A program made the position numbers and the translations under genes. Shown here in pieces: positions 52,853 through 60,996 of a DNA stretch of 60,996 nucleotides (the stretch's first letter is position 1; every line of letters begins with the position of its first letter). The DNA comes from a virus. The stretch covers positions 1-60,996 of IMG/VR virus record IMGVR_UViG_2788500553_000001; one strand, 5' to 3'. The notes under the pieces are model-generated. The model was given only the letters and a program-made list of their open reading frames with translations. It did not search any database and was not told the DNA's origin.

Positions 52853-55800
52853 ACCGCGATGCGTTCGATTTAGAGGGCTTTCTGTCGCTCAGTTCTCGTG
52901 AGTTCGTCCGCGGAGCGAATCGCGCGGGCGACGCAGCCGAGGAGATGGGCGACGAGTTCGATAGTGCCCGCCGCGAGACGGAGACGCTTCAGCGTCGGAT
53001 CGGTCGGGCGGCGAACTCGATGCTCACCTTCCGGAACGCCTCGATCGCGGCGTTCATCACGACGCCGATCAGCGGGGCGATTCAGTCGATGGCCGCTGGC
53101 CTTGCGGGCATCGCCGGGGCGTCGACGGCGGTAGTTGGCTCCGGACTCGCCGCGTACACCGAGGAACTCACGAAAAAGAACGAGAAGCGGCTGAAACAGA
53201 CCCGAGCGAAAATCCGTCAGCTCGAACAGTTAGAGGACAAACAGGGTGAGCTGACGAAACAGCAGCGTGAGCGTCTAAAAACCCTCGAAGAGCAGGAGAA
53301 GAAGCTCGAAGACGGGACGGAAATGGCTGGGGCGCTCGCGATGGCCTTTCAGCCGGTGACGAAAGCTGCGAAAGAGACCGTTACTGCGTTCGGTGAGCAA
53401 TTTATTCCGTTGATCAAGGATGGCATCGGGGCGCTGCCGCCACTCATCCGATCGTTCGGCGATACGCTGGAGTCGATTAACTTCGACCCGATGGTTCAGT
53501 TCCTCCGAACGAGCGGGTCGGGCCTCGTTGACTACCTCGAAAACACGGGCTTCCCCCTCATCAAGGACTTCCTTCAGTTTGGTATCCGGTCGGGACAGCG
53601 GCTTCTGGACGTGCTGGGGCGCGATCAGTATCAGCAGAACATGGCTGCTCTCGGCACGTTGGTCGACCGGGTGGTTTCCGGATTTAACCGCTTGACGACG
53701 GCTCTCTCGGCGTGGGTTGAGACGTTCCTCGCGGAGTTTTCCGAAATCGGTCCGATGCTCGGATCGTTCACTCGGTTGCTGTTGGGTGCGGCCGCGGCGG
53801 TCGTCGAGGCGCTTAACCCGGCGATCGGGAAGCTCATCGAGTTGGGTGGCGAGCTGTCTGCGTGGTTCAACGACCTCAGTACTGTCGGAAAGGGTGCCAT
53901 CGCCGGCCTCGCTGCTGCCTTGTACGTTTTAACAAGTCCAATCTCGACTGTCGGGGCTGCGATTGCTGGCCTCGCCGCGCTCTGGACCTCGAACTTCGGT
54001 GGGATTCAGGAGAAGACTGAGGAAGTCGTCGAAGCTGCTGTTGGTGCGTTCGAGGACCTGCGTGCGGAGTACGGCGACGATGTCCGTGCCGTGTTCAAGG
54101 ATGTGACGGACTTCATCGCCTCGTACGCTCTGCCGATATACGAGGACCTGACGGCGTTTATCGAGCGAAGAGTCGTTCCGACGGCCCGGCGCCTCGCTCG
54201 CGTGTATAGCCAGCGTGTCGAGAAAGGTGTTCGTACGACGGCGCGGGCGTTCCAGCGTGAAGTTGTCCCGATACTTCGCGGCGCGGTCGACGTGATAGTA
54301 AATCGCGTCATACCTGCGGTGGTCGACCTCGGCGAGTGGTTCGTCAGTACGTTTGGCGGCCGGATTCTCTCGCTTTACGAGGAGTTTTATGAGACGTTCA
54401 TTACGGTCGTTCAGAACGCCATCGGTCTCTTGGGCGACCTGTCCGATGCGGTTACGGACTTCTCTACAACGCATGAAGCCGAGATAAGCGCGGTTCAGCG
54501 CGTCACACAGCGGGTTTTCGATCAGATCGTCCCTGTCGTTGAGTCCGCAGTAAAATCGATCATCGACGCCGTCTCGTTCGGTCTCTCGGTGATTCGTGGC
54601 GATTGGGACGCGGCGTTCTCCGATATCGAGTCGATCGCAACGCGAACGTGGAACGGCGTCGCTGATGTCGCCGGTTCTGCGCTCGATACGGTCGCCTCAA
54701 AGGTTCGTTCGGGTATCAACCGCGTCGTCTGGTTCGTAACTGGCGTCGGCAAGCGTGACGTTCATAACGCGTTCGAGGCGGTCGGAAGTGCGATCCGCTC
54801 GGTGTTCGTGATGCTGTTCGGCGTCGGAGGAAAACTGTTCACGATCATCGCCGGCTTCGTCGGCCGCCTCGTTCGCTACATCGGGAGCGGCGAGGCGTAC
54901 TCGGACGTGAAGGCGGTGTTCCGGTCCCTGATGAACGGGATTACCTCGGTCGTCAGGGCGACGCTCGGCATCGGCGGTGAGGTGTATCGGATCGTCCGGT
55001 CGTTGATCGGCGACATCGCTACCTACATCGGAAGCGGCGAGGCGTATCAGGATATCAAGGCCGCGTTTAACGCACTCGTTGGGGTCATCCTCTCGGCGTT
55101 CCAGGGTCTATACGATGGCCTCATCGGAAACTCCCTAATTCCGCAGCTAATTAGCGATATCGCCGAGTACCTGAGAACCACGGCGGCACAGGTGCTTGAG
55201 AACGCCGCGGAGGTTATCGTCGATAGTGTCGAGTCGGTGTTCACGGCAATCAGTTTCGATATCGACTGGCCGGAGCCGCCCGACATCGTCGAGGAGGCGT
55301 TTAACGGTAACCTCGATATCGACTGGCCGGACCCGCCTGACTTCATCAGCGACAATACGTCTGGTGGCGGATCGTCTGACGACTCATCTGACGGCTCCTC
55401 TGACGGTTCCTATGATGGCGGCGATGACGATGACGGGGGAAGCGTCGGCGGGCGTGATCCGAACGATCCGAGCGACGCCCCGAGTGCGACCCCTCCCGGT
55501 GATGTAGGCGATGACGATGACGACGATCCCTCCTACGATCCCGGTGATGGTCCAGTTGGCGGCATCGGAAATCCGGGGTACGGAACCGGGCTTGCGACCG
55601 GCGGGTTCGTCGAAGAGGAAGGCAGCGCCGTCCTTCACTCGGGCGAGCGTGTTCTTCCTGACGCGCAGGTCGACGATCGGGGGCGTGCGTCGTTCGATCC
55701 CGAGTCGGTCGCGGACGGCTTCGATACGTCCGACGCTGTTCGTGAGTTAGCCTCGAAGTTGGATCGTGTCATCGCGTTGCTGGATGAACTCAACGCCGGC

Positions 55801-55881
55801 GACGTATCGCAGAAAGAGGTGCTTCGTGCGCTCGACATCGCGGAAGACCGGCGCGCTGGCCGCGATCCGTATAACCAATAA
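52846..55881 (+). CDS. Tape measure protein
   Basis: 1011 aa, helical Ala/Gly-rich repeats; C-terminal ATGGFV...LHSGERVL. Confidence 0.93.
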   Translation: MVDRDAFDLEGFLSLSSREFVRGANRAGDAAEEMGDEFDSARRETETLQRRIGRAANSMLTFRNASIAAFITTPISGAIQSMAAGLAGIAGASTAVVGSGLAAYTEELTKKNEKRLKQTRAKIRQLEQLEDKQGELTKQQRERLKTLEEQEKKLEDGTEMAGALAMAFQPVTKAAKETVTAFGEQFIPLIKDGIGALPPLIRSFGDTLESINFDPMVQFLRTSGSGLVDYLENTGFPLIKDFLQFGIRSGQRLLDVLGRDQYQQNMAALGTLVDRVVSGFNRLTTALSAWVETFLAEFSEIGPMLGSFTRLLLGAAAAVVEALNPAIGKLIELGGELSAWFNDLSTVGKGAIAGLAAALYVLTSPISTVGAAIAGLAALWTSNFGGIQEKTEEVVEAAVGAFEDLRAEYGDDVRAVFKDVTDFIASYALPIYEDLTAFIERRVVPTARRLARVYSQRVEKGVRTTARAFQREVVPILRGAVDVIVNRVIPAVVDLGEWFVSTFGGRILSLYEEFYETFITVVQNAIGLLGDLSDAVTDFSTTHEAEISAVQRVTQRVFDQIVPVVESAVKSIIDAVSFGLSVIRGDWDAAFSDIESIATRTWNGVADVAGSALDTVASKVRSGINRVVWFVTGVGKRDVHNAFEAVGSAIRSVFVMLFGVGGKLFTIIAGFVGRLVRYIGSGEAYSDVKAVFRSLMNGITSVVRATLGIGGEVYRIVRSLIGDIATYIGSGEAYQDIKAAFNALVGVILSAFQGLYDGLIGNSLIPQLISDIAEYLRTTAAQVLENAAEVIVDSVESVFTAISFDIDWPEPPDIVEEAFNGNLDIDWPDPPDFISDNTSGGGSSDDSSDGSSDGSYDGGDDDDGGSVGGRDPNDPSDAPSATPPGDVGDDDDDDPSYDPGDGPVGGIGNPGYGTGLATGGFVEEEGSAVLHSGERVLPDAQVDDRGRASFDPESVADGFDTSDAVRELASKLDRVIALLDELNAGDVSQKEVLRALDIAEDRRAGRDPYNQ

Positions 55882-56939
55882 TGAGTTCCGTATCTGACCT
55901 CACCCTCCGCATCGAACACCAGTCCGGTGGGGTGTCGGAGCTTGTCGTGCCGACGCCCGTCGCGATCGACGAGGAACTCGTCACGCTTGCGAGTATCCGG
56001 ATTGAGCGGTCGTTAGACAAAGTGGAGCGGTGTACTGCGGTCGTTTTCCGCGATGAGTGGCTCAACGTCGTCGGCCGGCTCGATCGGAGAAATGACGAGT
56101 TGTATGTCGTCGATGCGGATGGAGCCGACATCTTCGGCGGTCGGCTCGACGACTGGCAGTTCCGGGGTGAAACGGTGGAGGTTCAGATCGACTCGTGGGA
56201 GCGCGATCCGCGAGAGATGGAACCGCCGCCGTCGTTCAGTCGGTCAGATGCGTCAGACGCGTCGATAGCGGCGGATCTCGTCGACGTAATGCCATCGACC
56301 ATCACCGCGGGGACAATCGAAGAGACGACCGCGTCTCTCGGATATTCGGCCGAGCATGTCGCTCCGGCCGTCATGTTGCGCCGCCTGTCGCGATCGACGG
56401 CGGCCGACATCCAGTATCACCCGGATGGAACGGTCGACTACCTCGAACGCCGGGGGACAGACCAAAACGAAACGCTGTCGCCGTCGTCAGGAGCGATCAT
56501 CGGGGAGCCGCGAATACGGCGGTCGGTCCGCGAAGACACGACACACGTTCGGGCGGTGTCTCAATCGGACCCGACGGTGTATGAGGAGGCCGAAGCGGTT
56601 TCCGTGGCGTCGGACGAGCGAGAAGTTTGGAAGGTCGATCGGATCAACTCGACGAACTCATCCCGACTTCAAGCACGGGCGACTCGGCTCGCCAACGAAG
56701 TCGCTGAAGCGCCCAAATACCTCGAAGTTGAGGTTCAAATCGACCCGTCAAAACTCTCGTCAAATCCGCAAATCGGTGATACATACCATCTCTCGATCCC
56801 CGCGTCAGGGATCGATGAAGAAGTTCGACTCATCGAGGTCGATCGAACAATTGACGATCGCGGCGACATCCTTGATCGCGTCATTCTGTCGAATCGGAAG
56901 CTAACCGTCCGGAGCAGAGTGCCGTACGCAGACGAGTGA
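55881..56939 (+). CDS. Tail tip / baseplate hub protein
   Basis: After the tape measure gene; IGDTYHL..PASGID...RLIEV. Confidence 0.7.
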   Translation: MSSVSDLTLRIEHQSGGVSELVVPTPVAIDEELVTLASIRIERSLDKVERCTAVVFRDEWLNVVGRLDRRNDELYVVDADGADIFGGRLDDWQFRGETVEVQIDSWERDPREMEPPPSFSRSDASDASIAADLVDVMPSTITAGTIEETTASLGYSAEHVAPAVMLRRLSRSTAADIQYHPDGTVDYLERRGTDQNETLSPSSGAIIGEPRIRRSVREDTTHVRAVSQSDPTVYEEAEAVSVASDEREVWKVDRINSTNSSRLQARATRLANEVAEAPKYLEVEVQIDPSKLSSNPQIGDTYHLSIPASGIDEEVRLIEVDRTIDDRGDILDRVILSNRKLTVRSRVPYADE

Positions 56940-56948
56940 ATCCAAACC

Positions 56949-57320
56949 ATGAGCGACTTCAACGCCGCTGGCTACGAAGACCTGCGCGAACACATCGTCT
57001 CGGCCTCGGGCTGGGCGTACATCGCGCTGATCGACGACGCCGGCAACGAGGAGACACGCATCGACATCCACAACGACGGCCGTGCGTCGTGGGGCGACCC
57101 GTCGACGAACCCCGTCACGCTGACGGTCGACATCTCGGGGGGCGACTCCGACATCTCGACGCCAGTCGAACTTTCGGAGTCGGAACTCCACACGGGAAGC
57201 GGAACGTCGTCGTCAGTCCACGACGACCAGCTCCGCGACGAGAGCGGCGACCCGGCGAACGCCATCGTGGGAAGCAGCGATGCGCTGACGATCGAGCACA
57301 CGGTCAACCTGCCGCAGTAA
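56949..57320 (+). CDS. Minor tail protein
   Basis: W.YIAL.DD.GNE..R pattern; position. Confidence 0.6.
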   Translation: MSDFNAAGYEDLREHIVSASGWAYIALIDDAGNEETRIDIHNDGRASWGDPSTNPVTLTVDISGGDSDISTPVELSESELHTGSGTSSSVHDDQLRDESGDPANAIVGSSDALTIEHTVNLPQ

Positions 57321-57324
57321 CACG

Positions 57325-57780
57325 ATGAGCGAATCAGCGCCGTCGGCAGAGGTGTCAGCCGTCACGACGTTGCCGCCGCCCGTGTCGGTCACGCCGCAGT
57401 ACCAGCCGGACGCGGGTGAGGTGGTCGTCACATGGACGCTTGCCGACGACGCGCCCGACGGGAGTATCGGGGTCGAGCGGTCCGACGATGGCGGTGCGAC
57501 GTGGACGACAGTCGCGACGGGCCTCGCACTCGCTGACACGGAGTTCGTCGATACGTCGATCTCGCCGGGCGACCCGATTTACTACCGCATCGTGCGGTCG
57601 ACAGCCCACGCGACCACGCGGAGCGACCCCGCGGAGCTGCTCGGGCCGGCGGTTGAGGTAGCGATCCAGTCGACGAACAGCCCGGTCGAGGCGGGCGAAC
57701 CGCTCGAGATCCCGGTCGAGGTCACGAACCTCGGCGGCGCAGGCACAGAGACGCTGACGCTCGAGATCACCGAACAGTAA
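57325..57780 (+). CDS. Fn3/Ig-like tail protein
   Basis: VVTW...VERS.D...F.DT...YYRI Fn3 pattern, then an Ig-like C-terminus. Confidence 0.75.
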   Translation: MSESAPSAEVSAVTTLPPPVSVTPQYQPDAGEVVVTWTLADDAPDGSIGVERSDDGGATWTTVATGLALADTEFVDTSISPGDPIYYRIVRSTAHATTRSDPAELLGPAVEVAIQSTNSPVEAGEPLEIPVEVTNLGGAGTETLTLEITEQ

Positions 57781-57790
57781 CCACCCATAC

Positions 57791-59692
57791 ATGACACTCA
57801 TCGATGACTTCGAAGAAGACGGCCTGTCGACCAAATCACCGTATTGGAGCGACTGGAACTCCTCGGATGTTTCTCATGTTCAGACGAATAATTTAGAGGG
57901 GTCGCAGGCTGGAGAGATTAGTGAATTTGGTTCGGCCTTCGCTCAGACGTTTAGAGACTCAGGTGGGTATCAGCCAGACACGTTCTCATTCTTAGTGCGG
58001 TTGTTTGAGTATGATATAGATGTTTATCTGAAAGAGGAAGGAACGGGTGCCCCTGAATTAGCGCAACTCCGAATCGGAGAAAGCGGTTTAAAGCTTCAGT
58101 CTACCGGCTTTTCGACGGTGACACCAAGTCTCTCATATGAAACGACATATGAAATCAAACTCACAAATATTGATTGGCAATCAGAAACGTACGACCTTCG
58201 GGTGAGGCGAATTTCCGACGATGCTGTCATATATGGACCAACTTCTCAGAATTTCTATAATAGCCCTAACGAACTTACAGAGGTTGGTCTTGGTGCTGGT
58301 GGCGGTAAGGTCCAATTTGATTACTTCAACGCTATCGAATATGTCGACGGATCGCCCTCGTCACTCGCTGTTTCGTCGACGACAGAGTCGACTGTCGATC
58401 TGACGTGGAGTGACGACGTGGCGAACGAGGACGGCTATCGCGTCTATCGCGATACCTCAGCTGGCGTCAATCGAACACAAGCGAACGAAGTTGCGGACCT
58501 CTCGGCGAATACGGAATCATACACCGATACTGGCCTCACCGACAGCACAGAGTATCATTACGTCATCGAGGCGTACACCGTCGATGACACGGCAACGACA
58601 GCGGAGGCATCCGCGACGACCATTCCCGCTGCGCCGAGCGGGACGGGCCTCGATACGTCCACTCGTGGAGAGGTCACTGTCTCGTGGACCGACAACTCGC
58701 AAAACGAAGACGGCTACCGCATGTACCGCTCGCAGTCCGATAGCGGTTATACGCAGGTGGCCGACCTCGGGGCGAACACCACTTCGTACACGGATACTGG
58801 CCTCGAAGACGGTGAGGAGTACTGGTACTACGTCGAGGCGTACGTGGGGTCAAAGACGGCAAGCGGGGCGTCCGTGTCGGCGGTTACGCCACTCCCGAGC
58901 GCGTCGTCGCTCGCGGCCGTCGAGAGTGCCCAGGATGAAGCGACGGCCTCGTGGTCGAACGAGGATAACTCATCGGACGGCTCGATCGCCGTCGAGCGGT
59001 CGACGGACGGGTTTAGCTCGGTGACGACCGTCGCGAGCGGCCTGTCGCCGTCGACGACGAGCTACGTTGATACCACGGTCGAGGGGACCGAGACCTACGC
59101 GTACCGGATCGAGCGCTCGACGGACCACGCGACCGCGACGAGCGGGACGGCCAGCGTCACGATCAACGGCCCGCCGTGGTTCACCGCCGACGCCGAGCAG
59201 CCCGCCAACGGCGCGACGGGTGTGTCGCGAAGTCCAACGCTCGCCGTCGAGGTGAACGATCCCGACGGCAACCCCGTCGACGTGACGTTCTACGACGCGA
59301 GCGACGACACGCAGATCGGGCAAACCCAGACCGACGTGCCGAGCGGCAGCTCGACGAGCGTCGAGTGGAGTGGGCTCGGGTTCGCGACGGTGTGCGAGTG
59401 GTACGCCGTCGCCGACGACGGGCTCGAAACGACGACCTCGCCGACGTTCTCGTTCACGACTGCCGACGGGGTGCCACAGAACGTTGCCGTGTCGGCGACC
59501 GCCGAGAACGAGCTGACCGTCGAGTGGGATCCCGTCGACGTTGCGGCGGGCTACTACGTGTATCGGGCCGAGTCGTCGGGCTCGACGGCGAGTGACTACA
59601 CGCAGGTCGCTGACGTGGCGAGTCCGCCGTTCGTGGATACCGATGTCGTGGACGGCGAGCGATACTACTACCGCGTTAGTTCACACGACTGA
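57791..59692 (+). CDS. Multi-Fn3 tail fibre / receptor-binding protein
   Basis: At least four Fn3 repeats (LTWSD..ANEDGYRVYR...YTDTGL...Y.Y.IEAY). Confidence 0.85.
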   Translation: MTLIDDFEEDGLSTKSPYWSDWNSSDVSHVQTNNLEGSQAGEISEFGSAFAQTFRDSGGYQPDTFSFLVRLFEYDIDVYLKEEGTGAPELAQLRIGESGLKLQSTGFSTVTPSLSYETTYEIKLTNIDWQSETYDLRVRRISDDAVIYGPTSQNFYNSPNELTEVGLGAGGGKVQFDYFNAIEYVDGSPSSLAVSSTTESTVDLTWSDDVANEDGYRVYRDTSAGVNRTQANEVADLSANTESYTDTGLTDSTEYHYVIEAYTVDDTATTAEASATTIPAAPSGTGLDTSTRGEVTVSWTDNSQNEDGYRMYRSQSDSGYTQVADLGANTTSYTDTGLEDGEEYWYYVEAYVGSKTASGASVSAVTPLPSASSLAAVESAQDEATASWSNEDNSSDGSIAVERSTDGFSSVTTVASGLSPSTTSYVDTTVEGTETYAYRIERSTDHATATSGTASVTINGPPWFTADAEQPANGATGVSRSPTLAVEVNDPDGNPVDVTFYDASDDTQIGQTQTDVPSGSSTSVEWSGLGFATVCEWYAVADDGLETTTSPTFSFTTADGVPQNVAVSATAENELTVEWDPVDVAAGYYVYRAESSGSTASDYTQVADVASPPFVDTDVVDGERYYYRVSSHD

Positions 59693-59694
59693 TC

Positions 59695-60996
59695 ATGGCT
59701 GAATCCAACCTGTCGACAGAAGTCGACGCAACGACAGTCCTGCCCGCGCCGACCGACCTGGAGGTCGTCGACGTTCGCGACCACGAGGCGGACATCCAGT
59801 TTCAGGACCACGCCGATAACAAGCAGGGGTATCGGGCGTACGTCGGGGAAGACGGGTATCTGGAGTTTGATAGTGGCGGGTTTGTCGAAGTCCCTAACGC
59901 AAATCTGACTGAAGATGGCGCTCTCTACGCTCGTGTATCGGCAGAACCGACGGGAGACTTTCAAATGATCATCGACAGATATGATGGTGAATATGGATAT
60001 GCGCTGTTTATGAAAAACGGAGAATTCTATCTGCGGTGGGGCGATTACAGCGCGGATGGCGTCGGTTCGGGGTTCAACGACGGAGAGGTCCACGACGTGA
60101 TCCTAAATGGAGCTGAAGGGGCGATTGCTCTATACGTTGATGGCTCCGAAGTTTTTAGAGAAGGTAACTTATCACTTGACCCTTCACTCCAAAATACTAT
60201 CACAACTATCGGCGCACGCGAGGGCAGAGGCCTACCACTTGGTGGGAGTGTATATCGTGTCGGAATAAGTAACTACACATATGGCCCCTCCGAACGAGAT
60301 GCGATTTCCCAAGGAAGATGTACATCATCAGAGGTGTGGTATGAGTTCAATCAGGGTTCGGGCGACACGCTCGTCGACTATTCGGGCAACGGCAACGACG
60401 GTACGCTTCAGAACAGCCCGACGTGGGTCGGCGGCGGCGACCTGACGCAGAACGGCGGTGATCTCGCGCCTGTGAGCTTCCCTCGATATTGGGATAAAAC
60501 AGGTTTTCAATCAGATGTGGAAAATGTTGGCCCGCAGGATGGATTTGAAATTGTAGGTCGTTTGGAACGGATTGATGGACGGTTTGACGACTTGTTCACG
60601 AATCATTTTACGACCGACGATTTTCCTGACTTTGAAGGTGAAGGGAACTACATCCACGTCGGCTTCTATGCGAAGTGGGACCAAGTTGTTGGTTGGGGCG
60701 TAGGGCAATTTGAAGGGGAATGGGTAGTGAAGCCTGATCCTGACCCGAATAAATATCAGTATTATGAAGCCCGTTCAGACGGTCAGAATGGCGACCCGGG
60801 CGAATACTTCAGAATGTACTACAGTACACAAACATCTGGGCCAGACATCTACGTGGCAGATCCTGACGTTTGGAAAGAGGGTGTTGACTCGCCATATCGG
60901 ACCATCAACCATACCCTCACGGGCCTCGAAAACGGCGAGTCGTACGTCACCCGCGCGAGCGTGTTCACCGACCACGAGGAGGTGTTTGATCGGTAA
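59695..60996 (+). CDS. Split-Fn3 protein with inserted LamG/concanavalin-like domain (receptor binding)
   Basis: Fn3 halves at both ends; DGEVHDV...ALYVDG...IGA..., WYEFNQGSG...DYSGNGNDGTL. Confidence 0.8.
   Translation: MAESNLSTEVDATTVLPAPTDLEVVDVRDHEADIQFQDHADNKQGYRAYVGEDGYLEFDSGGFVEVPNANLTEDGALYARVSAEPTGDFQMIIDRYDGEYGYALFMKNGEFYLRWGDYSADGVGSGFNDGEVHDVILNGAEGAIALYVDGSEVFREGNLSLDPSLQNTITTIGAREGRGLPLGGSVYRVGISNYTYGPSERDAISQGRCTSSEVWYEFNQGSGDTLVDYSGNGNDGTLQNSPTWVGGGDLTQNGGDLAPVSFPRYWDKTGFQSDVENVGPQDGFEIVGRLERIDGRFDDLFTNHFTTDDFPDFEGEGNYIHVGFYAKWDQVVGWGVGQFEGEWVVKPDPDPNKYQYYEARSDGQNGDPGEYFRMYYSTQTSGPDIYVADPDVWKEGVDSPYRTINHTLTGLENGESYVTRASVFTDHEEVFDR

Larger units (their letters stand above)
1560..60996. 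mobile_element. Integrated tailed haloarchaeal provirus (siphovirus-like); right end outside the window
   Basis: Integrase directly next to host genes, followed by replication, head and tail modules; long tape measure and no sheath gene. Left boundary approximate. Confidence 0.93.

Noticed and set aside
55572-55582. CCGGGGTA match to the regulon motif
   Set aside because: Partial match inside the tape measure coding sequence (GNPGY), not at a gene start.
1560-60996. IS elements, retron or diversity-generating retroelement
   Set aside because: No transposase or reverse-transcriptase motifs and no template/variable repeat pair seen.

Overview
The window holds two host genes from a high-GC haloarchaeon (GNAT acetyltransferase, CBS-domain protein; 1-1352), then the left ~59 kb of an integrated tailed provirus of siphovirus type (no tail sheath seen). 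The right end and attR lie outside the window. Layout: integrase (+); a long leftward early/middle region with zinc-finger microproteins, Hjc-like and ERCC4 nucleases, a MoxR/vWA chaperone cluster, a 7-deazaguanine DNA-modification cluster (DpdA/TGT-like, YhhQ, QueF plus a degenerate QueF paralog), PolB, both RFC subunits, a PCNA-like protein, a PriS-PriL fusion primase, a Dam-like methylase, a Cas4-like nuclease and SSB/Sak4-like proteins; RadA; then a rightward late operon (terminase, portal, MuF, protease, scaffold, capsid, tail, Fn3/LamG receptor-binding proteins). Most unusual observations: (1) two head-module proteins share a ~110-aa domain and end in different enzymes, an R-S-E ADP-ribosyltransferase fused to the prohead protease and a PI3K/HipA-like kinase, suggesting virion-packaged effectors; (2) two non-canonical tRNA-like structures (59 and 167 nt), each followed in the same register by one 24-nt repeat; (3) a ~545-nt ORF-free, hairpin-rich candidate ncRNA; (4) a TACCCCGGTC motif in ~15 copies, mostly at gene starts, whose complement sits in a hairpin of that ncRNA. 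All calls come from motifs read by eye; no searches were run.
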